Shown: positions 10,237 to 20,926 of the stretch, one piece after another
Position numbering within the stretch: position 1 is the stretch's first letter
How the letters are laid out: every line of letters begins with the position of its first letter
Origin: an uncultured Gammaproteobacteria bacterium
Lineage (GTDB): Bacteria; Patescibacteriota; Patescibacteriia; UBA11705; JABHMO01
Assembly: GCA_964590105.1 (NCBI GenBank)
Contig: CAZPYM010000003.1
Location: forward strand, 72,179 to 136,178
Direction of reading: 5' to 3'
DNA: 64,000 nucleotides
Notes under the pieces: model-generated
What the model saw: the letters and a program-made list of their open reading frames with translations, nothing else
What the model was told of the DNA's origin: nothing
The model's database searches: none
Program-made: the position numbers and the translations under genes

Positions 10237-10869
10237 ATGCTCAAGGCAAAAGTATATAATCAAACCGGAGAAGACAAGGGTGAGGTCAGCCTCAATCCGA
10301 AGGTCTTTGAAATACCTGTAAAAGATGAGTTGATTCATCAAGCTGTAGTGGCGCTATTGGCGAATAGGCGGCAGGTCTTGGCTCACGCCAAAACCAGAGG
10401 CGAAGTCAGAGGCGGCGGCCGCAAACCGTGGAAGCAAAAAGGCACCGGCCGAGCTCGTCATGGCTCAATTCGCTCTCCTTTATGGGTGGGCGGTGGCGTG
10501 ACCTTTGGTCCGACCAGCGACAGAAATTTTTCAAAGAAAATCAACAAGAAAATGAAAACCAGAGCTTTGTTTATGGTTTTGTCAGAAAAAGCATTAAACA
10601 AGAACGTTTCTGTTTTGGAAAAACTAGAAATAGCAGAAGCGAAAACCAAGCCAATTATTGAACTATTGAAAAAAATAAAGTTGGATAAAAAAGTTTTATT
10701 GATAATTGAAAAAATGGATAGCAAAATTGCGCGTTCGGTTAATAATATTCCAAAGATTACGTTGATATCAGCGAATAGTTTGAATGTTTATGATGTTTTG
10801 AACGCCAAGCATTTGTTGGTGACAAAAAACGCGTTAAAAACAGTAGAGCAAACTTTTTTGGTAAAATAA
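10237..10869 (+). CDS. rplD: 50S ribosomal protein L4
   Basis: KTRGEVRGGGRKPWKQKGTGRARHGS; alternative start 10225. Confidence 0.98.
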   Translation: MLKAKVYNQTGEDKGEVSLNPKVFEIPVKDELIHQAVVALLANRRQVLAHAKTRGEVRGGGRKPWKQKGTGRARHGSIRSPLWVGGGVTFGPTSDRNFSKKINKKMKTRALFMVLSEKALNKNVSVLEKLEIAEAKTKPIIELLKKIKLDKKVLLIIEKMDSKIARSVNNIPKITLISANSLNVYDVLNAKHLLVTKNALKTVEQTFLVK

Positions 10870-10875
10870 AAGCAT

Positions 10876-11370
10876 ATGGGATTGATTAATACAATTTTCA
10901 AATCCAAAAAATCAGAGACCAGGGCAAAGAAAAGCGATGATTTAAAAGAAACGGAAAAACCCGCAGTAGTTCAGGTTGCTCAGCAAAAAGAGGAAACAGA
11001 AAAGTCCGCGCCAAAGATTTCTCCGGAAAATAAATTGGAAAAATCAAATTACACACCTGCGATAAAGGTTTCTCAAAAAGATGACGCCACTGCCTACCGT
11101 ATGCTATATTATCCGTTGATTACGGAAAAAGCGACTGATTTAGTTCAATTTGGCAAATACTGTTTTGTAGTGCCTGTTAATGCTTGCAAAAATGAAATAA
11201 AGAAAACAATTATAAATGTTTACGGAGTTAGCCCCGCCAAAATAAATTTTGTCCGGCGCGAGGGCAAGCGGGTACGAGCCGGCAGAAGGTACGGACGAAC
11301 CAAGGCTTACAAAAAGGCAATTGTTACTTTACGGCCAGGAGACAAAATTGAATTGTACGAAGGCGTATAA
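10876..11370 (+). CDS. rplW: 50S ribosomal protein L23 with N-terminal extension
   Basis: PLITEKA, YKKAIVTL; position in S10 cluster. Confidence 0.95.
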   Translation: MGLINTIFKSKKSETRAKKSDDLKETEKPAVVQVAQQKEETEKSAPKISPENKLEKSNYTPAIKVSQKDDATAYRMLYYPLITEKATDLVQFGKYCFVVPVNACKNEIKKTIINVYGVSPAKINFVRREGKRVRAGRRYGRTKAYKKAIVTLRPGDKIELYEGV

Positions 11371-11382
11371 AATTACCAAAAT

Positions 11383-12228
11383 ATGGGAATTAAAGTATAT
11401 AAACCGATTAGCAATGCTCGCCGCCAAATGAGCATGATTGATTCTTCCGGTTACACAAAGAAAAAACCGGAAAAGAGTTTGATTAGAATCAAGAAAAAAA
11501 CAGGCGGACGCAATGCCCAGGGGAAAATTACCGTTAGGCATATTGGTGGCGGAGCAAAGCGTTTTTGCAGAGAGATTGATTTCAAAAGAGACAAATTTGA
11601 TGTGCCAGCGATAGTAAAAGCAATAGAATACGATCCTGGCCGCACTTCTAGAATAGCGCTGTTGCAGTATCGAGATGGTCAAAAAAAATATATTGTCGCT
11701 CCGACAGAGTTAAAGATAAACGAAGAAGTTATTTCTTCTAAATCAAAAATTGAAATCAAGGCAGGCAACGCAACAATACTGGAAAATATTCCGATTGGCA
11801 CCTTGATTCATAGCATTGAAATGGTTCCGGGTAGAGGGGCTGAAATGGTCAGGTCAGCAGGCTCATGGTGTAAATTGATGGCGGTCGAAGGAAAATACGC
11901 CCAGCTGCGCTTGCCTTCATCTGAAATCCGTTTAGTCCCCAAAGAATGTATGGCGACGATCGGACAGGTTAGTAATCCTGAGCACATGCATATTAACATT
12001 GGCAAGGCTGGTAGGAAAAGACATATGGGAATCCGGCCGACAGTTCGGGGAAAAGCTATGAATCCGGTTGATCATCCGCACGGAGGCGGTGAGGGCGGTT
12101 GCCCTATTGGGTTAAAGCATCCGAAGACTCCATGGGGTAAGCCGGCGCTTGGACTCATTACCCGCAAAAGAAATAAAGCATCAAATAAATTTATTATACA
12201 GAGACGTAAGAAAAAAAGACGAAAATAA
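11383..12228 (+). CDS. rplB: 50S ribosomal protein L2
   Basis: [26 protein letters not shown]. Confidence 0.99.
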   Translation: MGIKVYKPISNARRQMSMIDSSGYTKKKPEKSLIRIKKKTGGRNAQGKITVRHIGGGAKRFCREIDFKRDKFDVPAIVKAIEYDPGRTSRIALLQYRDGQKKYIVAPTELKINEEVISSKSKIEIKAGNATILENIPIGTLIHSIEMVPGRGAEMVRSAGSWCKLMAVEGKYAQLRLPSSEIRLVPKECMATIGQVSNPEHMHINIGKAGRKRHMGIRPTVRGKAMNPVDHPHGGGEGGCPIGLKHPKTPWGKPALGLITRKRNKASNKFIIQRRKKKRRK

Positions 12229-12240
12229 TTATTGCGCAAT

Positions 12241-12528
12241 ATGTCAAGAAGTCTAAAAAAAGGGCCCTATATCGACTTAAGGCTAATTAAGAAAACCAGC
12301 TTGGTTAAGCAAGGCGAAAAAGTCGTAATTAAAACTTGGGCCAGGCATGCAGTGATTACCCCTGAAATGGTGGGCTTTACTTTTGGCGTGCACAATGGAA
12401 AAGACTTTGTTGAAGTAACGGCCGTTGAAAATATGGTTGGACATAAGTTGGGCGAATTTTCGCCGACTCGCAAGTTTGTTTCTCATGGTGGCAAAATCGC
12501 CAAAGCTCAATCAAAGGATGGAAAATAA
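12241..12528 (+). CDS. rpsS: 30S ribosomal protein S19
   Basis: [22 protein letters not shown]. Confidence 0.98.
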   Translation: MSRSLKKGPYIDLRLIKKTSLVKQGEKVVIKTWARHAVITPEMVGFTFGVHNGKDFVEVTAVENMVGHKLGEFSPTRKFVSHGGKIAKAQSKDGK

Positions 12529-12571
12529 TATAAAGAGTAAATTATAAAAGCAAAAGGCAAATTAATATAAT

Positions 12572-13168
12572 ATGCAGGTAAAAGCTAAAGCAAACTATAT
12601 CAGAATTTCTCCGCGCAAAGCACGCTTGGTTGCAGCCGTAGTGCGCAGTTTGGATTTGCAGCGGGCTTTTGATCAATTGGCAATGTTAAATAAAAAGGCC
12701 GTCAGACCAATTGTCAAGCTGTTGAAATCGGCTTTAGCCAACGCAGAACACAATTTTGAATTAGATAAAGGAAATTTATTTGTTCAGGAGATAAGAGTTG
12801 ACGATGGTCCCACTCTTCACCGGTGGATGCCCAGAGCATTTGGCCGCGCTACCCCCATCCGAAAGAGGACTTCTATGATCAGTTTAATTTTGGCAGAGAG
12901 AGTTCCTAGCGAAGGAAAAGCTAAGACCAAAAAGCAAAAAATTGAAACAATCAAGACAGCTGCGGAAATAGCAACTAAACCCAATGAAACAAAAATTGAA
13001 ACGCCTAAAAATGACGCTGTCATGAAGGACGCGGAAGCCGGACACCAAGAAGAATATTTTGACGTAAAGAAACAAGGCGGTTATCGCGATGCTCAACAGG
13101 TTGGAAAAAATATCAAAAAAGAAAAAGGATTATTTAAAAAAATGTTCAGACGCAAGTCTGGCATGTAA
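12572..13168 (+). CDS. rplV: 50S ribosomal protein L22 with long C-terminal extension
   Basis: RISPRKARLV, SALANAEHN, PRAFGRA. Confidence 0.97.
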   Translation: MQVKAKANYIRISPRKARLVAAVVRSLDLQRAFDQLAMLNKKAVRPIVKLLKSALANAEHNFELDKGNLFVQEIRVDDGPTLHRWMPRAFGRATPIRKRTSMISLILAERVPSEGKAKTKKQKIETIKTAAEIATKPNETKIETPKNDAVMKDAEAGHQEEYFDVKKQGGYRDAQQVGKNIKKEKGLFKKMFRRKSGM

Positions 13169-13181
13169 TTAAGCAAGTCTT

Positions 13182-13850
13182 ATGGGAAAGAAAATAAATC
13201 CAAGAATTTTCAGAATAAAACAGACGCGCGGCTGGGACTCACGCTGGTTTTCTGGTAAAAATTACGCCAAATTTTTAAGGCAGGATTTATTGGTCAAAGA
13301 ATATTTAAAAAAGAAATTGCTAAATGCCTTTGTGTCTAGAATAAATATTGAAAGAACCGCCAAAGAGATAAATGTTATTATTTATTCCGCCAGGCCTGGG
13401 ATAATTATCGGACGGAGTGGTGCAGGCATTGAAGACATAAAAAAAGAAATCAGGCAAAAATTTTTGCCCGATCGCACAGCTAAACTGAATATTAATATCA
13501 AGGAGGTCGCAAATCCAAATTTAGATGCAAATATTGTTGCGCAAAGTATAAAGTTTGATATTGAAAAAAGAATTCCGTTCCGTCGAGCGATGAAGCAAGC
13601 TCTTGGAAAAGTAGAGAGGGCGGGCGCCAAGGGTGTGAAAATCAGAGTGGCCGGCAGATTGAATGGCGCTGAAATTGCCAGGACAGAAAAGGTGATTTCA
13701 GGCAAGGTGCCACTGCATACCTTGCGAGCAGATATTGATTATGCTTTAGTTGAAGCAAATACAATTTACGGAGTGATCGGTATTAAGGTCTGGATATATC
13801 TCGGAGAAATTTTTGAAAAAAAAGAAGTTACAACAAAAGAAAAAAATTAA
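13182..13850 (+). CDS. rpsC: 30S ribosomal protein S3
   Basis: GRLNGAEIARTE, PLHTLRADIDY. Confidence 0.98.
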   Translation: MGKKINPRIFRIKQTRGWDSRWFSGKNYAKFLRQDLLVKEYLKKKLLNAFVSRINIERTAKEINVIIYSARPGIIIGRSGAGIEDIKKEIRQKFLPDRTAKLNINIKEVANPNLDANIVAQSIKFDIEKRIPFRRAMKQALGKVERAGAKGVKIRVAGRLNGAEIARTEKVISGKVPLHTLRADIDYALVEANTIYGVIGIKVWIYLGEIFEKKEVTTKEKN

Positions 13851-13853
13851 TAT

Positions 13854-14270
13854 ATGTTGGTCCCCAAGAAAGTAAAACATAGAAAATGGCATAAAGGACG
13901 GAGTCTTCGCAAGGAGATTACGGCTTGTCGTAGCACAGAAGTTTCGTTTGGCGAGTATGGCCTCAAGGCCGTGACAGAGTCTTGGGTTTCTTCCAAGCAA
14001 ATAGAAGCTGCCCGTCGAGCAATCACCAGACATGTAAAAAGAGGCGGCAAGGTTTGGATCAGGATATTCCCCGACAAGCCGGTCACGGCCAAAGGAACGC
14101 AGGCAACTATGGGTAGCGGCAAAGGAACGCCAGATCATTATGTCGCTGTTGTCCGACCGGGAACAGTTGTTTTCGAGATAGCGGGTGTAACTGAAACTAT
14201 TGCCAGAGAATCAATGCGTCTAGCCGGGCATAAATTGCCGGTCAAAGTGAAATTTGTTACCAGAAACTAA
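13854..14270 (+). CDS. rplP: 50S ribosomal protein L16
   Basis: [24 protein letters not shown]. Confidence 0.98.
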   Translation: MLVPKKVKHRKWHKGRSLRKEITACRSTEVSFGEYGLKAVTESWVSSKQIEAARRAITRHVKRGGKVWIRIFPDKPVTAKGTQATMGSGKGTPDHYVAVVRPGTVVFEIAGVTETIARESMRLAGHKLPVKVKFVTRN

Positions 14271-14271
14271 T

Positions 14272-14463
14272 ATGAAAACAAAGGAAATAAGAGCAAAACA
14301 AACGGAAGAGCTGGAAAAAATGTATTTAGAGCTTTGTCAGAAAAGGCAGCAGTTAAATTTTAAGGTTGCCGGTAAACAGCTGAAAAACGTTAGAGAGCTA
14401 AGGGATGTAAAGCGAAGTTCGGCAAAAATTCTAACGATATTAAAAGAACGAAGCGGCGAATAA
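14272..14463 (+). CDS. rpmC: 50S ribosomal protein L29
   Basis: MKTKEIR...[22 protein letters not shown]; synteny. Confidence 0.93.
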   Translation: MKTKEIRAKQTEELEKMYLELCQKRQQLNFKVAGKQLKNVRELRDVKRSSAKILTILKERSGE

Positions 14464-14483
14464 TTATCAAATTTCAAATCAAT

Positions 14484-14741
14484 ATGGCAGAAGAAAAAAA
14501 ATCAAAAATTTGCCGGCAGCACAGCGGCATAGTTGTCAGTGTCAAGATGAATAAAACCGTAGTGGTTTTGGTTGAAAGGATTGTGAAACATAAAACATAC
14601 CTGAAGCAATACCGCGTCAGCAAAAAATACAAAGCACATGACGAAAAAAACGAATGCCAAGTTGACGATAAAGTTATAATTGAAGAATGTCGGCCGCTCA
14701 GCAAAGACAAGAGATGGAGAGTAATAAAAAGGGTCAGCTAA
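14484..14741 (+). CDS. rpsQ: 30S ribosomal protein S17
   Basis: [26 protein letters not shown]. Confidence 0.98.
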   Translation: MAEEKKSKICRQHSGIVVSVKMNKTVVVLVERIVKHKTYLKQYRVSKKYKAHDEKNECQVDDKVIIEECRPLSKDKRWRVIKRVS

Positions 14742-14744
14742 TAT

Positions 14745-15116
14745 ATGATTCAAGCAAGCACAATATTAAAATGCGCAGATAATACCGGAGCGAAAAGGAT
14801 CCAGTGTATTAAGGTTCTCGATGGATATAAAAAAAGATACGCTAGATTGGGTGACGTTATTACCGTTAGCGTAAAAGAAGCCAAACCGCATAGTATGGTA
14901 AAGAAAGGGGAGGTTTTGCATGCAGTGGTGGTCAGGACAAAAAAAGAAACAAGGAGAACTGATGGATCATATATTCGTTTCAGCGATAATGCGGTAGTAA
15001 TAGTTGACAGAAAAAGCAAAGAGCCAAAAGGCACAAGAATTTTTGGGCCGGTGGCCAGAGAGTTGAGAAAACATGGATTTAATAAAATTTTGTCATTAGC
15101 GCCAGAGGTTTTATAA
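14745..15116 (+). CDS. rplN: 50S ribosomal protein L14
   Basis: [26 protein letters not shown]. Confidence 0.99.
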   Translation: MIQASTILKCADNTGAKRIQCIKVLDGYKKRYARLGDVITVSVKEAKPHSMVKKGEVLHAVVVRTKKETRRTDGSYIRFSDNAVVIVDRKSKEPKGTRIFGPVARELRKHGFNKILSLAPEVL

Positions 15117-15129
15117 ATTTGTTATTATT

Positions 15130-15489
15130 ATGAAAATACGCAAAGGAGACAAAGTACAAATAATGAAAGGCAAGGATCGCGTCAAGCGGACAAAAAAGGG
15201 AGAAAAAAAAGAAAAGTCCAATCAGGGAAAGGTTGTCCAGGTGATTCCGGCCAAACAAAAAATCATTGTTGAGGGGCTGAATTTGAGATACAAACATGTC
15301 AGGCCGAAAAAAGAAGGAGAAAAAGGCCAGAGGATCGAATATCCATATCCGATTAATGTTGAAAACGTAATGCTGGTTTGCCCCAAATGTCATAAATCTG
15401 TCCGGGTGGCCTACAAACTATTGGATTCTGATCTGAAGGGTAGAAAAAAAATACGAATTTGTCGCAAGTGTAATGAGGCGATTGATTAA
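15130..15489 (+). CDS. rplX: 50S ribosomal protein L24
   Basis: MKIRKGDKV..GKD KOW motif, IVEGLN; two CxxC pairs. Confidence 0.97.
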   Translation: MKIRKGDKVQIMKGKDRVKRTKKGEKKEKSNQGKVVQVIPAKQKIIVEGLNLRYKHVRPKKEGEKGQRIEYPYPINVENVMLVCPKCHKSVRVAYKLLDSDLKGRKKIRICRKCNEAID

Positions 15490-15540
15490 TCAATAAATTA
15501 TTTAGCCGAAAGGGTATATTATATAGAAAAGAAATAAATT

Positions 15541-16089
15541 ATGAATAGCCTAAAAGAACAATACAGCAAAGAGGTTGTGCCGGCGCTCATGAAGAGCCTT
15601 GGTTACAAAAACAAGTTATCAGTGCCCACAATAAAAAAAGTTGTGCTAAATGTTGGAATTGGCGCTGGGCTAAAGGATAAAGAATATCTTGAGATAGTAA
15701 AAAACACTTTAAGACGGATAAGCGGTCAGGAACCGATTGAAACGACTGCCCACAAATCAATTTCAAATTTTAAGATTAGACAGGGAATGGTGGTCGGGAT
15801 TAAAGTAACTTTGAGAAAAAGCCGAATGTGGGATTTTTTGGAAAAGCTGGTAAAAATTACTTTGCCTCGGGTTAGAGATTTCCGTGGATTAAGCTCTCAG
15901 GGTTTTGATAATCGTGGAAATTATTCACTTGGTTTTAAAGAAAATGTCGCTTTTCCGGAAATTAAACAGGATGAACTAGAAAGAATGCACGGACTGGAAG
16001 TCTGTATTTCCACCTCAGCTGAAACAAAAGAGCAAGGGAAAGTATTACTGCAGGAATTAGGGTTTCCATTTAAAAAGGAAGATAAATAA
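15541..16089 (+). CDS. rplE: 50S ribosomal protein L5
   Basis: SISNFKIRQG, LPRVRDFRG, FDNRGNY. Confidence 0.99.
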   Translation: MNSLKEQYSKEVVPALMKSLGYKNKLSVPTIKKVVLNVGIGAGLKDKEYLEIVKNTLRRISGQEPIETTAHKSISNFKIRQGMVVGIKVTLRKSRMWDFLEKLVKITLPRVRDFRGLSSQGFDNRGNYSLGFKENVAFPEIKQDELERMHGLEVCISTSAETKEQGKVLLQELGFPFKKEDK

Positions 16090-16098
16090 AATATTGAT

Positions 16099-16284
16099 AT
16101 GTCGACAACCGCGCAATACGCAAAATCACAAAAAAAACCAAAATATACCAGTCGGTTGATCCGGCGCTGTTGGCGTTGTGGCCGGGTACACGGCTTTATG
16201 AGAAAATTTGGTTTGTGCAGAATTTGTTTCCGTGAACTGGCTGACCGAGGCGAAATCCCTGGTGTTACTAGAAGCAGTTGGTAA
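16099..16284 (+). CDS. rpsN: 30S ribosomal protein S14, short Zn-binding type
   Basis: RCWRCGR...LCRICFRE...IPGVTRSSW. Confidence 0.98.
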   Translation: MSTTAQYAKSQKKPKYTSRLIRRCWRCGRVHGFMRKFGLCRICFRELADRGEIPGVTRSSW

Positions 16285-16338
16285 ATGATCTAATCGGAGA
16301 ATTAATAGAAAAATTATCATTTTTTTAAGATCATAACT

Positions 16339-16731
16339 ATGACAATGACAGATCCAATCGCAGACATGCTCACACGCATAAGAAATGCCTCCATGGCGAA
16401 AAAGGCAGAGGTTTTGGTGCCTTATTCAAAGATCAAGCTGGCGATTGCAAAAATTTTAGAAAAAGAAAGATATATTAATAACGCAACGACTGTTGAGGAC
16501 AATTTTAAATTTATTAAAATTAAATTAAAATATCAGGATAAAAAATCTGCAATAAGTTCCATCTGTCGGGTAAGCAAGGCCGGGAGAAAAATGTATGCGG
16601 GCAAGGGCAATCTGCCCAGGGTTTTAAATGATTTTGGCATTGCCATCGTCACAACCTCCAAGGGAGTGATGACGAATAAAGAAGCCAGACGCGCCGGCTT
16701 GGGCGGAGAAATTATCTGCGAAGTCTATTAA
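16339..16731 (+). CDS. rpsH: 30S ribosomal protein S8
   Basis: DPIADMLTRIRNA, TSKGVMT, GGEIIC. Confidence 0.99.
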   Translation: MTMTDPIADMLTRIRNASMAKKAEVLVPYSKIKLAIAKILEKERYINNATTVEDNFKFIKIKLKYQDKKSAISSICRVSKAGRKMYAGKGNLPRVLNDFGIAIVTTSKGVMTNKEARRAGLGGEIICEVY

Positions 16732-16755
16732 GCTAGTTTTTACTAAGAAGATTAT

Positions 16756-17310
16756 ATGTCACGTATAGGAAAGCTGACAATTGAGATTTTAGATGGGGTT
16801 GAAGCCAAAATGAACCAGCGGGTTTTGTTTGTTAAAGGTAAAAAGGGAGAATTATCGCAGGAAATCCCACCAATGGTTAATGTGTCAATTGATACCGAAG
16901 GAAAAGAAATAAAAATTTCAGTGAACAAACCAGCTGATCATAATCAAAATGCGCTTTGGGGACTGTTTCGCAGCTTGGTTAATAATATGGTTGTTGGTGT
17001 GACGCATGGTTTTGAAAAAAAACTGGAAATAAATGGAATCGGTTACAAAGCAGCTGCCAATGGCAGAAAAGTAATATTGAATGTTGGCTATTCACATCCA
17101 ATTGAGTTTAATTTACCAGAGGGAATTGATTGTCGGGTAGAAGGACCAGTAATAACTGTTTCTGGTTGCAATAAACAATTGGTCGGCGAGGTGGCCGCTA
17201 ATATCAGAAAAGTCAGAAAGCCTGAGCCGTACAAAGGCAAGGGCATTAAATATGCAGACGAAGTATTAAGGCACAAAGTTGGGAAAGCTGCGGCCAAAGG
17301 GGCAGCATAA
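16756..17310 (+). CDS. rplF: 50S ribosomal protein L6
   Basis: [22 protein letters not shown]. Confidence 0.99.
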   Translation: MSRIGKLTIEILDGVEAKMNQRVLFVKGKKGELSQEIPPMVNVSIDTEGKEIKISVNKPADHNQNALWGLFRSLVNNMVVGVTHGFEKKLEINGIGYKAAANGRKVILNVGYSHPIEFNLPEGIDCRVEGPVITVSGCNKQLVGEVAANIRKVRKPEPYKGKGIKYADEVLRHKVGKAAAKGAA

Positions 17311-17315
17311 TTAAT

Positions 17316-17675
17316 ATGAAAAACGAGCAAAAAACAAAATTAAGCAAAATATTCTTGCGCAAGCAAAGAACTAGGAAAAAGATATTAGGCAAAGAAAAAT
17401 ATCCTAGACTAACTGTGTTCCGCAGCTTAAAACATTTTTATTTGCAGATAATCGATGATGCCAAGGGGATTACTTTATGCGCGGCAAGTGACAAGAACGT
17501 TAAAGTAACAGGCAAGAAACCGATTGAGATTGCCGCTGAAGTGGGCAAAGAACTTGCCAAACGAGCGATCGCAAAAAAAATAGATCGAGTCATTTTTGAC
17601 CGAGGAGCAAATAAGTATCATGGCCGGGTCAAGGCGGCGGCCGAAGGAGCCAGGGAAGGCGGCTTAAAATTCTAA
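17316..17675 (+). CDS. rplR: 50S ribosomal protein L18
   Basis: [28 protein letters not shown]. Confidence 0.98.
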   Translation: MKNEQKTKLSKIFLRKQRTRKKILGKEKYPRLTVFRSLKHFYLQIIDDAKGITLCAASDKNVKVTGKKPIEIAAEVGKELAKRAIAKKIDRVIFDRGANKYHGRVKAAAEGAREGGLKF

Positions 17676-17682
17676 TTGAAAT

Positions 17683-18261
17683 ATGATTAAAAAAAAGGAC
17701 AATAAAAAAGGATCAAGAGCAGGGAAAAAGCCAGAGCAAGAGTTTGAGCAAAAAATAATTGATTTAGCGAGAATTACTAGAGTAATGGCCGGTGGTAAAA
17801 GAATGCGTTTTCGCGCCTGTGTTTGCATCGGAGACAAAAAGGGTCGAGTAGCCATTGGATTGGCCAAGGGTGCTGACGTAACGGTAGCGGTTAACAAGGC
17901 GGTTAATAAGGCTCAAAAGCAGTGGATTACTGTACCGATAATTAATGAAACTATTCCGCACGAGATCCGTACTAAACTTGGGGCAGCCAGATTACTTCTA
18001 AAACCAGCGCCAACCGGAACAGGTGTACGCGCCGGTGGCGCAGTTCGCGTGGTCCTGGAATTGGCCGGTGTGCCGAATATTGTCGGAAAGATCATGGGGA
18101 CAAATAACAAGGTGAATAATGTAAAAGCATTGATCAGCGCTTTGTCGTCATTTAATCCTGACGCGATTAGAAAAGCCAGAAATAAACAACAAAAGAAAGA
18201 TAATAAAAATAAAGCTGAAGTGACTGAAGATAGCGTGAAGAAAGAAGAGGATAAGGAATAA
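17683..18261 (+). CDS. rpsE: 30S ribosomal protein S5
   Basis: GGKRMRFRA, PAPTGTGVRAGG. Confidence 0.98.
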   Translation: MIKKKDNKKGSRAGKKPEQEFEQKIIDLARITRVMAGGKRMRFRACVCIGDKKGRVAIGLAKGADVTVAVNKAVNKAQKQWITVPIINETIPHEIRTKLGAARLLLKPAPTGTGVRAGGAVRVVLELAGVPNIVGKIMGTNNKVNNVKALISALSSFNPDAIRKARNKQQKKDNKNKAEVTEDSVKKEEDKE

Positions 18262-18319
18262 AAATTAATAAAACAAGAAATTAAGAAAATAATAAGGAAT
18301 AAGAAAATAAGAATATAAT

Positions 18320-18793
18320 ATGGCATTGGGACTAGACAAAATCGGAACGAGAAAAAAGACCAAGAAGAGAGTTGGCAGGGGCAATGCTTCCGGCCACGGC
18401 ACTTATAGTTGCCGCGGATTGAAAGGGCAACGGTCACGTTCTGGCGGTAAAGGAGGATTGAAGCTAAAGGGATTTAAAAAGAATTTACTGAATATTCCTA
18501 AAATGAAAGGCATGAAGAGCAAAAGACCCAAAAACCAACTTGTAAACATTTCCTCTTTAGAAAAATTTAGCGCGGAAGAAAAAGTCACCCCCGGTAGCTT
18601 GTTTGAAAAAGGGCTTATTGATACAATGAATTTGCCGGTGAAAATATTGACTGACAAGAAAAATAAACCAATGACAAAAAAAGTAGAAATTTATAATTGT
18701 TTTGTGTCTGATTCAGCAAAAAAACTAATTGAAGCGGCCGGAGGAAAAATTATTGACCTCGAGACTCGAGAAAACAAATCCGAGAAAGTTTAA
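18320..18793 (+). CDS. rplO: 50S ribosomal protein L15
   Basis: RVGRGNASGHGTYSCRGLKGQRSRSG, IEAAGG. Confidence 0.97.
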   Translation: MALGLDKIGTRKKTKKRVGRGNASGHGTYSCRGLKGQRSRSGGKGGLKLKGFKKNLLNIPKMKGMKSKRPKNQLVNISSLEKFSAEEKVTPGSLFEKGLIDTMNLPVKILTDKKNKPMTKKVEIYNCFVSDSAKKLIEAAGGKIIDLETRENKSEKV

Positions 18794-18802
18794 CATTGAT
18801 AT

Positions 18803-20074
18803 ATGTGGGAGAGAATCATTCAAATCTGGAGATTAAAAGACTTGCGGAATAAAATACTGTTTGTTTTTTCCATGTTAGTGGTTTTTAGATTGGCGGCGCA
18901 TATCCCGATTCCGGGTGTTAATATTGACAATCTGCGGGAATTTTTTGGTTCAAACCAAGTTCTTGGACTGTTGAATCTGTTTTCAGGTGGCGGTATGCAG
19001 AATTTTTCAATTGTGATGATGGGAGTGGCCCCCTATATTACAGCTTCAATTATTTTTCAGCTTTTGGCCATGATTATTCCAAAGCTGGAAGAAATATCAA
19101 AGGAAGAAGCCGGCCGACAGAAAATCAACATGTATACCAGGATTGCCACGGTTCCGCTTTCCTTTTTACAGGCCTACGGCATGATTACTTTGCTAAAGCA
19201 ATCGCCAAAGCCGATTATTGAAGATTTAAGTTTATTCAGTCTTTTTGCAATGCTTTTAACTATCACCGCCGGCACGGTTTTTCTGATGTGGCTTGGCGAG
19301 TTGATTACAGAGAAAAAAATAGGTAACGGTATTTCACTTTTAATTTTTGCCGGTATAGTTGTTCGCGTCCCAACGGCTTTGCAGACAGTGGTAATCAATT
19401 TTAGTCAAGAACAGGTTGTTAACCTATTGGTCTTTTGTGCCATTGCACTTATTACTGTTGTCGGAGTAGTGATTATTACGGAGGGTCAGCGAAATATCCC
19501 CGTGAGCTACGCCAAAAGGGTTCGCGGAATGAAAATGTATGGCGGAATGAATACTCATTTGCCGATTAGAGTAAATACAGCCGGCGTTATTCCTATCATC
19601 TTTGCCATTTCCTTAGTTTTGTTTCCGCCAATGATTGCTCAATTTATGTTGCGGGCCAATTCGGCCTGGATTCATTCGTTCGGGCAGGGGATTATTACAT
19701 TATTTAACAATCATCTTTTCTACGGTATCTTATATTTTTTATTGGTATTTGGTTTTACATATTTTTACACGGCAGTAATTTTTCATCCATATCAGATTGC
19801 GGATAATCTGCAGAAAAATGGCGGATTTATTCCAGGCATTAGACCCGGTTCGCATACGGCGGAGTATTTGCAGCACACTATCAGCAGGATTACCCTGACC
19901 GGTGCTTTGTTTCTCGGTTTAATTGCGGTTTTGCCAATGATGTTGCAACAAGTTTCCGGACTGCAATCAATGGTAATCGGTGGAACCAGTATTCTGATCG
20001 TAGTAAGTGTGGCCATTGAAATTGTCAAACAAGTCGAAGCGCAAATGACAATGCGCGATTATGATGGATTTTAG
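18803..20074 (+). CDS. secY: Preprotein translocase subunit SecY
   Basis: PYITASII, IGNGISLLIFAGI, AGVIPIIFA, FIPGIRPG. Confidence 0.99.
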   Translation: MWERIIQIWRLKDLRNKILFVFSMLVVFRLAAHIPIPGVNIDNLREFFGSNQVLGLLNLFSGGGMQNFSIVMMGVAPYITASIIFQLLAMIIPKLEEISKEEAGRQKINMYTRIATVPLSFLQAYGMITLLKQSPKPIIEDLSLFSLFAMLLTITAGTVFLMWLGELITEKKIGNGISLLIFAGIVVRVPTALQTVVINFSQEQVVNLLVFCAIALITVVGVVIITEGQRNIPVSYAKRVRGMKMYGGMNTHLPIRVNTAGVIPIIFAISLVLFPPMIAQFMLRANSAWIHSFGQGIITLFNNHLFYGILYFLLVFGFTYFYTAVIFHPYQIADNLQKNGGFIPGIRPGSHTAEYLQHTISRITLTGALFLGLIAVLPMMLQQVSGLQSMVIGGTSILIVVSVAIEIVKQVEAQMTMRDYDGF

Positions 20075-20174
20075 AGCCAATATACAAACCTCAAATATTA
20101 TTAAAAATGTTGGCTCTTTGCCGGCATTTTTGATATAATGATAAAGAAATTTGAAAACAGAAAATGGAAGCTGC

Positions 20175-20206
20175 CCGCCTTGACTAGACGTCAAGTCGAG
20201 GCGGGG
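20175..20206. repeat. GC-rich REP-like palindrome
   Basis: cccgccttgactagacgtcaagtcgaggcggg. Confidence 0.65.
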
Positions 20207-20278
20207 AAATTAGGGTTAGGCTTAGTAGTCTCTGAATCATGGCGTTAACCCGAGTTTATAATTTCTAATCACGTATTT

Positions 20279-20926
20279 ATGAAACAGGTTTATATTCTAG
20301 TAGGTCCGCCGGGTTCGGGCAAGGGAACGCAGGCAGAGCTTTTGGCCAGGGAGCTCGGCATTAAGAGTTTTTCTTCCGGCCAGATTCTTCGCGAGGAAAT
20401 TATCAGAAAAACCGTAATTGGGAGGGAGGCTGACAGATTGCTTCGTCAAGGGCTCTTTATGCCTGATGATATAGTCTGCAAAATGATGATTGGCAGGCTG
20501 AAATCAGCGCGAAAAGCGGTGATTTTCGACGGGTTTCCGAGAAATTTAGCGCAGGCTAAAATCTTTAATGATTATCTCGAAAAGCATAAATCAATCAATA
20601 CCGTGATTGACATCAATCTTAGTCTAAGTAAAATATTTGATAGAATTTTGGGTAGGCTTTCGTGCCAGTGCGGGGAAATTTTTCATCGCAAGTACCGGCC
20701 GCCAAAGAAAAAAGGACTGTGCGATTATTGCGGTGGTAAATTAAAAAAACGATCTGATGATAATGAGAAAACTTTGCGGGCTAGGCTAAGAGTATATCAG
20801 CGGGAAACCAAACCGATAATAAAATATTATCAGAAGAAAAAAGGCTACCAATATTTTCGGCTTAATGGCGGCGGCTCGGTTGAAGCGGTTAATCGAATGC
20901 TTATAAAAAAAGTGAAAAACAAATGA
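20279..20926 (+). CDS. adk: Adenylate kinase with Zn-lid
   Basis: GPPGSGKGTQA, DGFPR, Cys-containing lid, RSDD. Confidence 0.96.
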   Translation: MKQVYILVGPPGSGKGTQAELLARELGIKSFSSGQILREEIIRKTVIGREADRLLRQGLFMPDDIVCKMMIGRLKSARKAVIFDGFPRNLAQAKIFNDYLEKHKSINTVIDINLSLSKIFDRILGRLSCQCGEIFHRKYRPPKKKGLCDYCGGKLKKRSDDNEKTLRARLRVYQRETKPIIKYYQKKKGYQYFRLNGGGSVEAVNRMLIKKVKNK

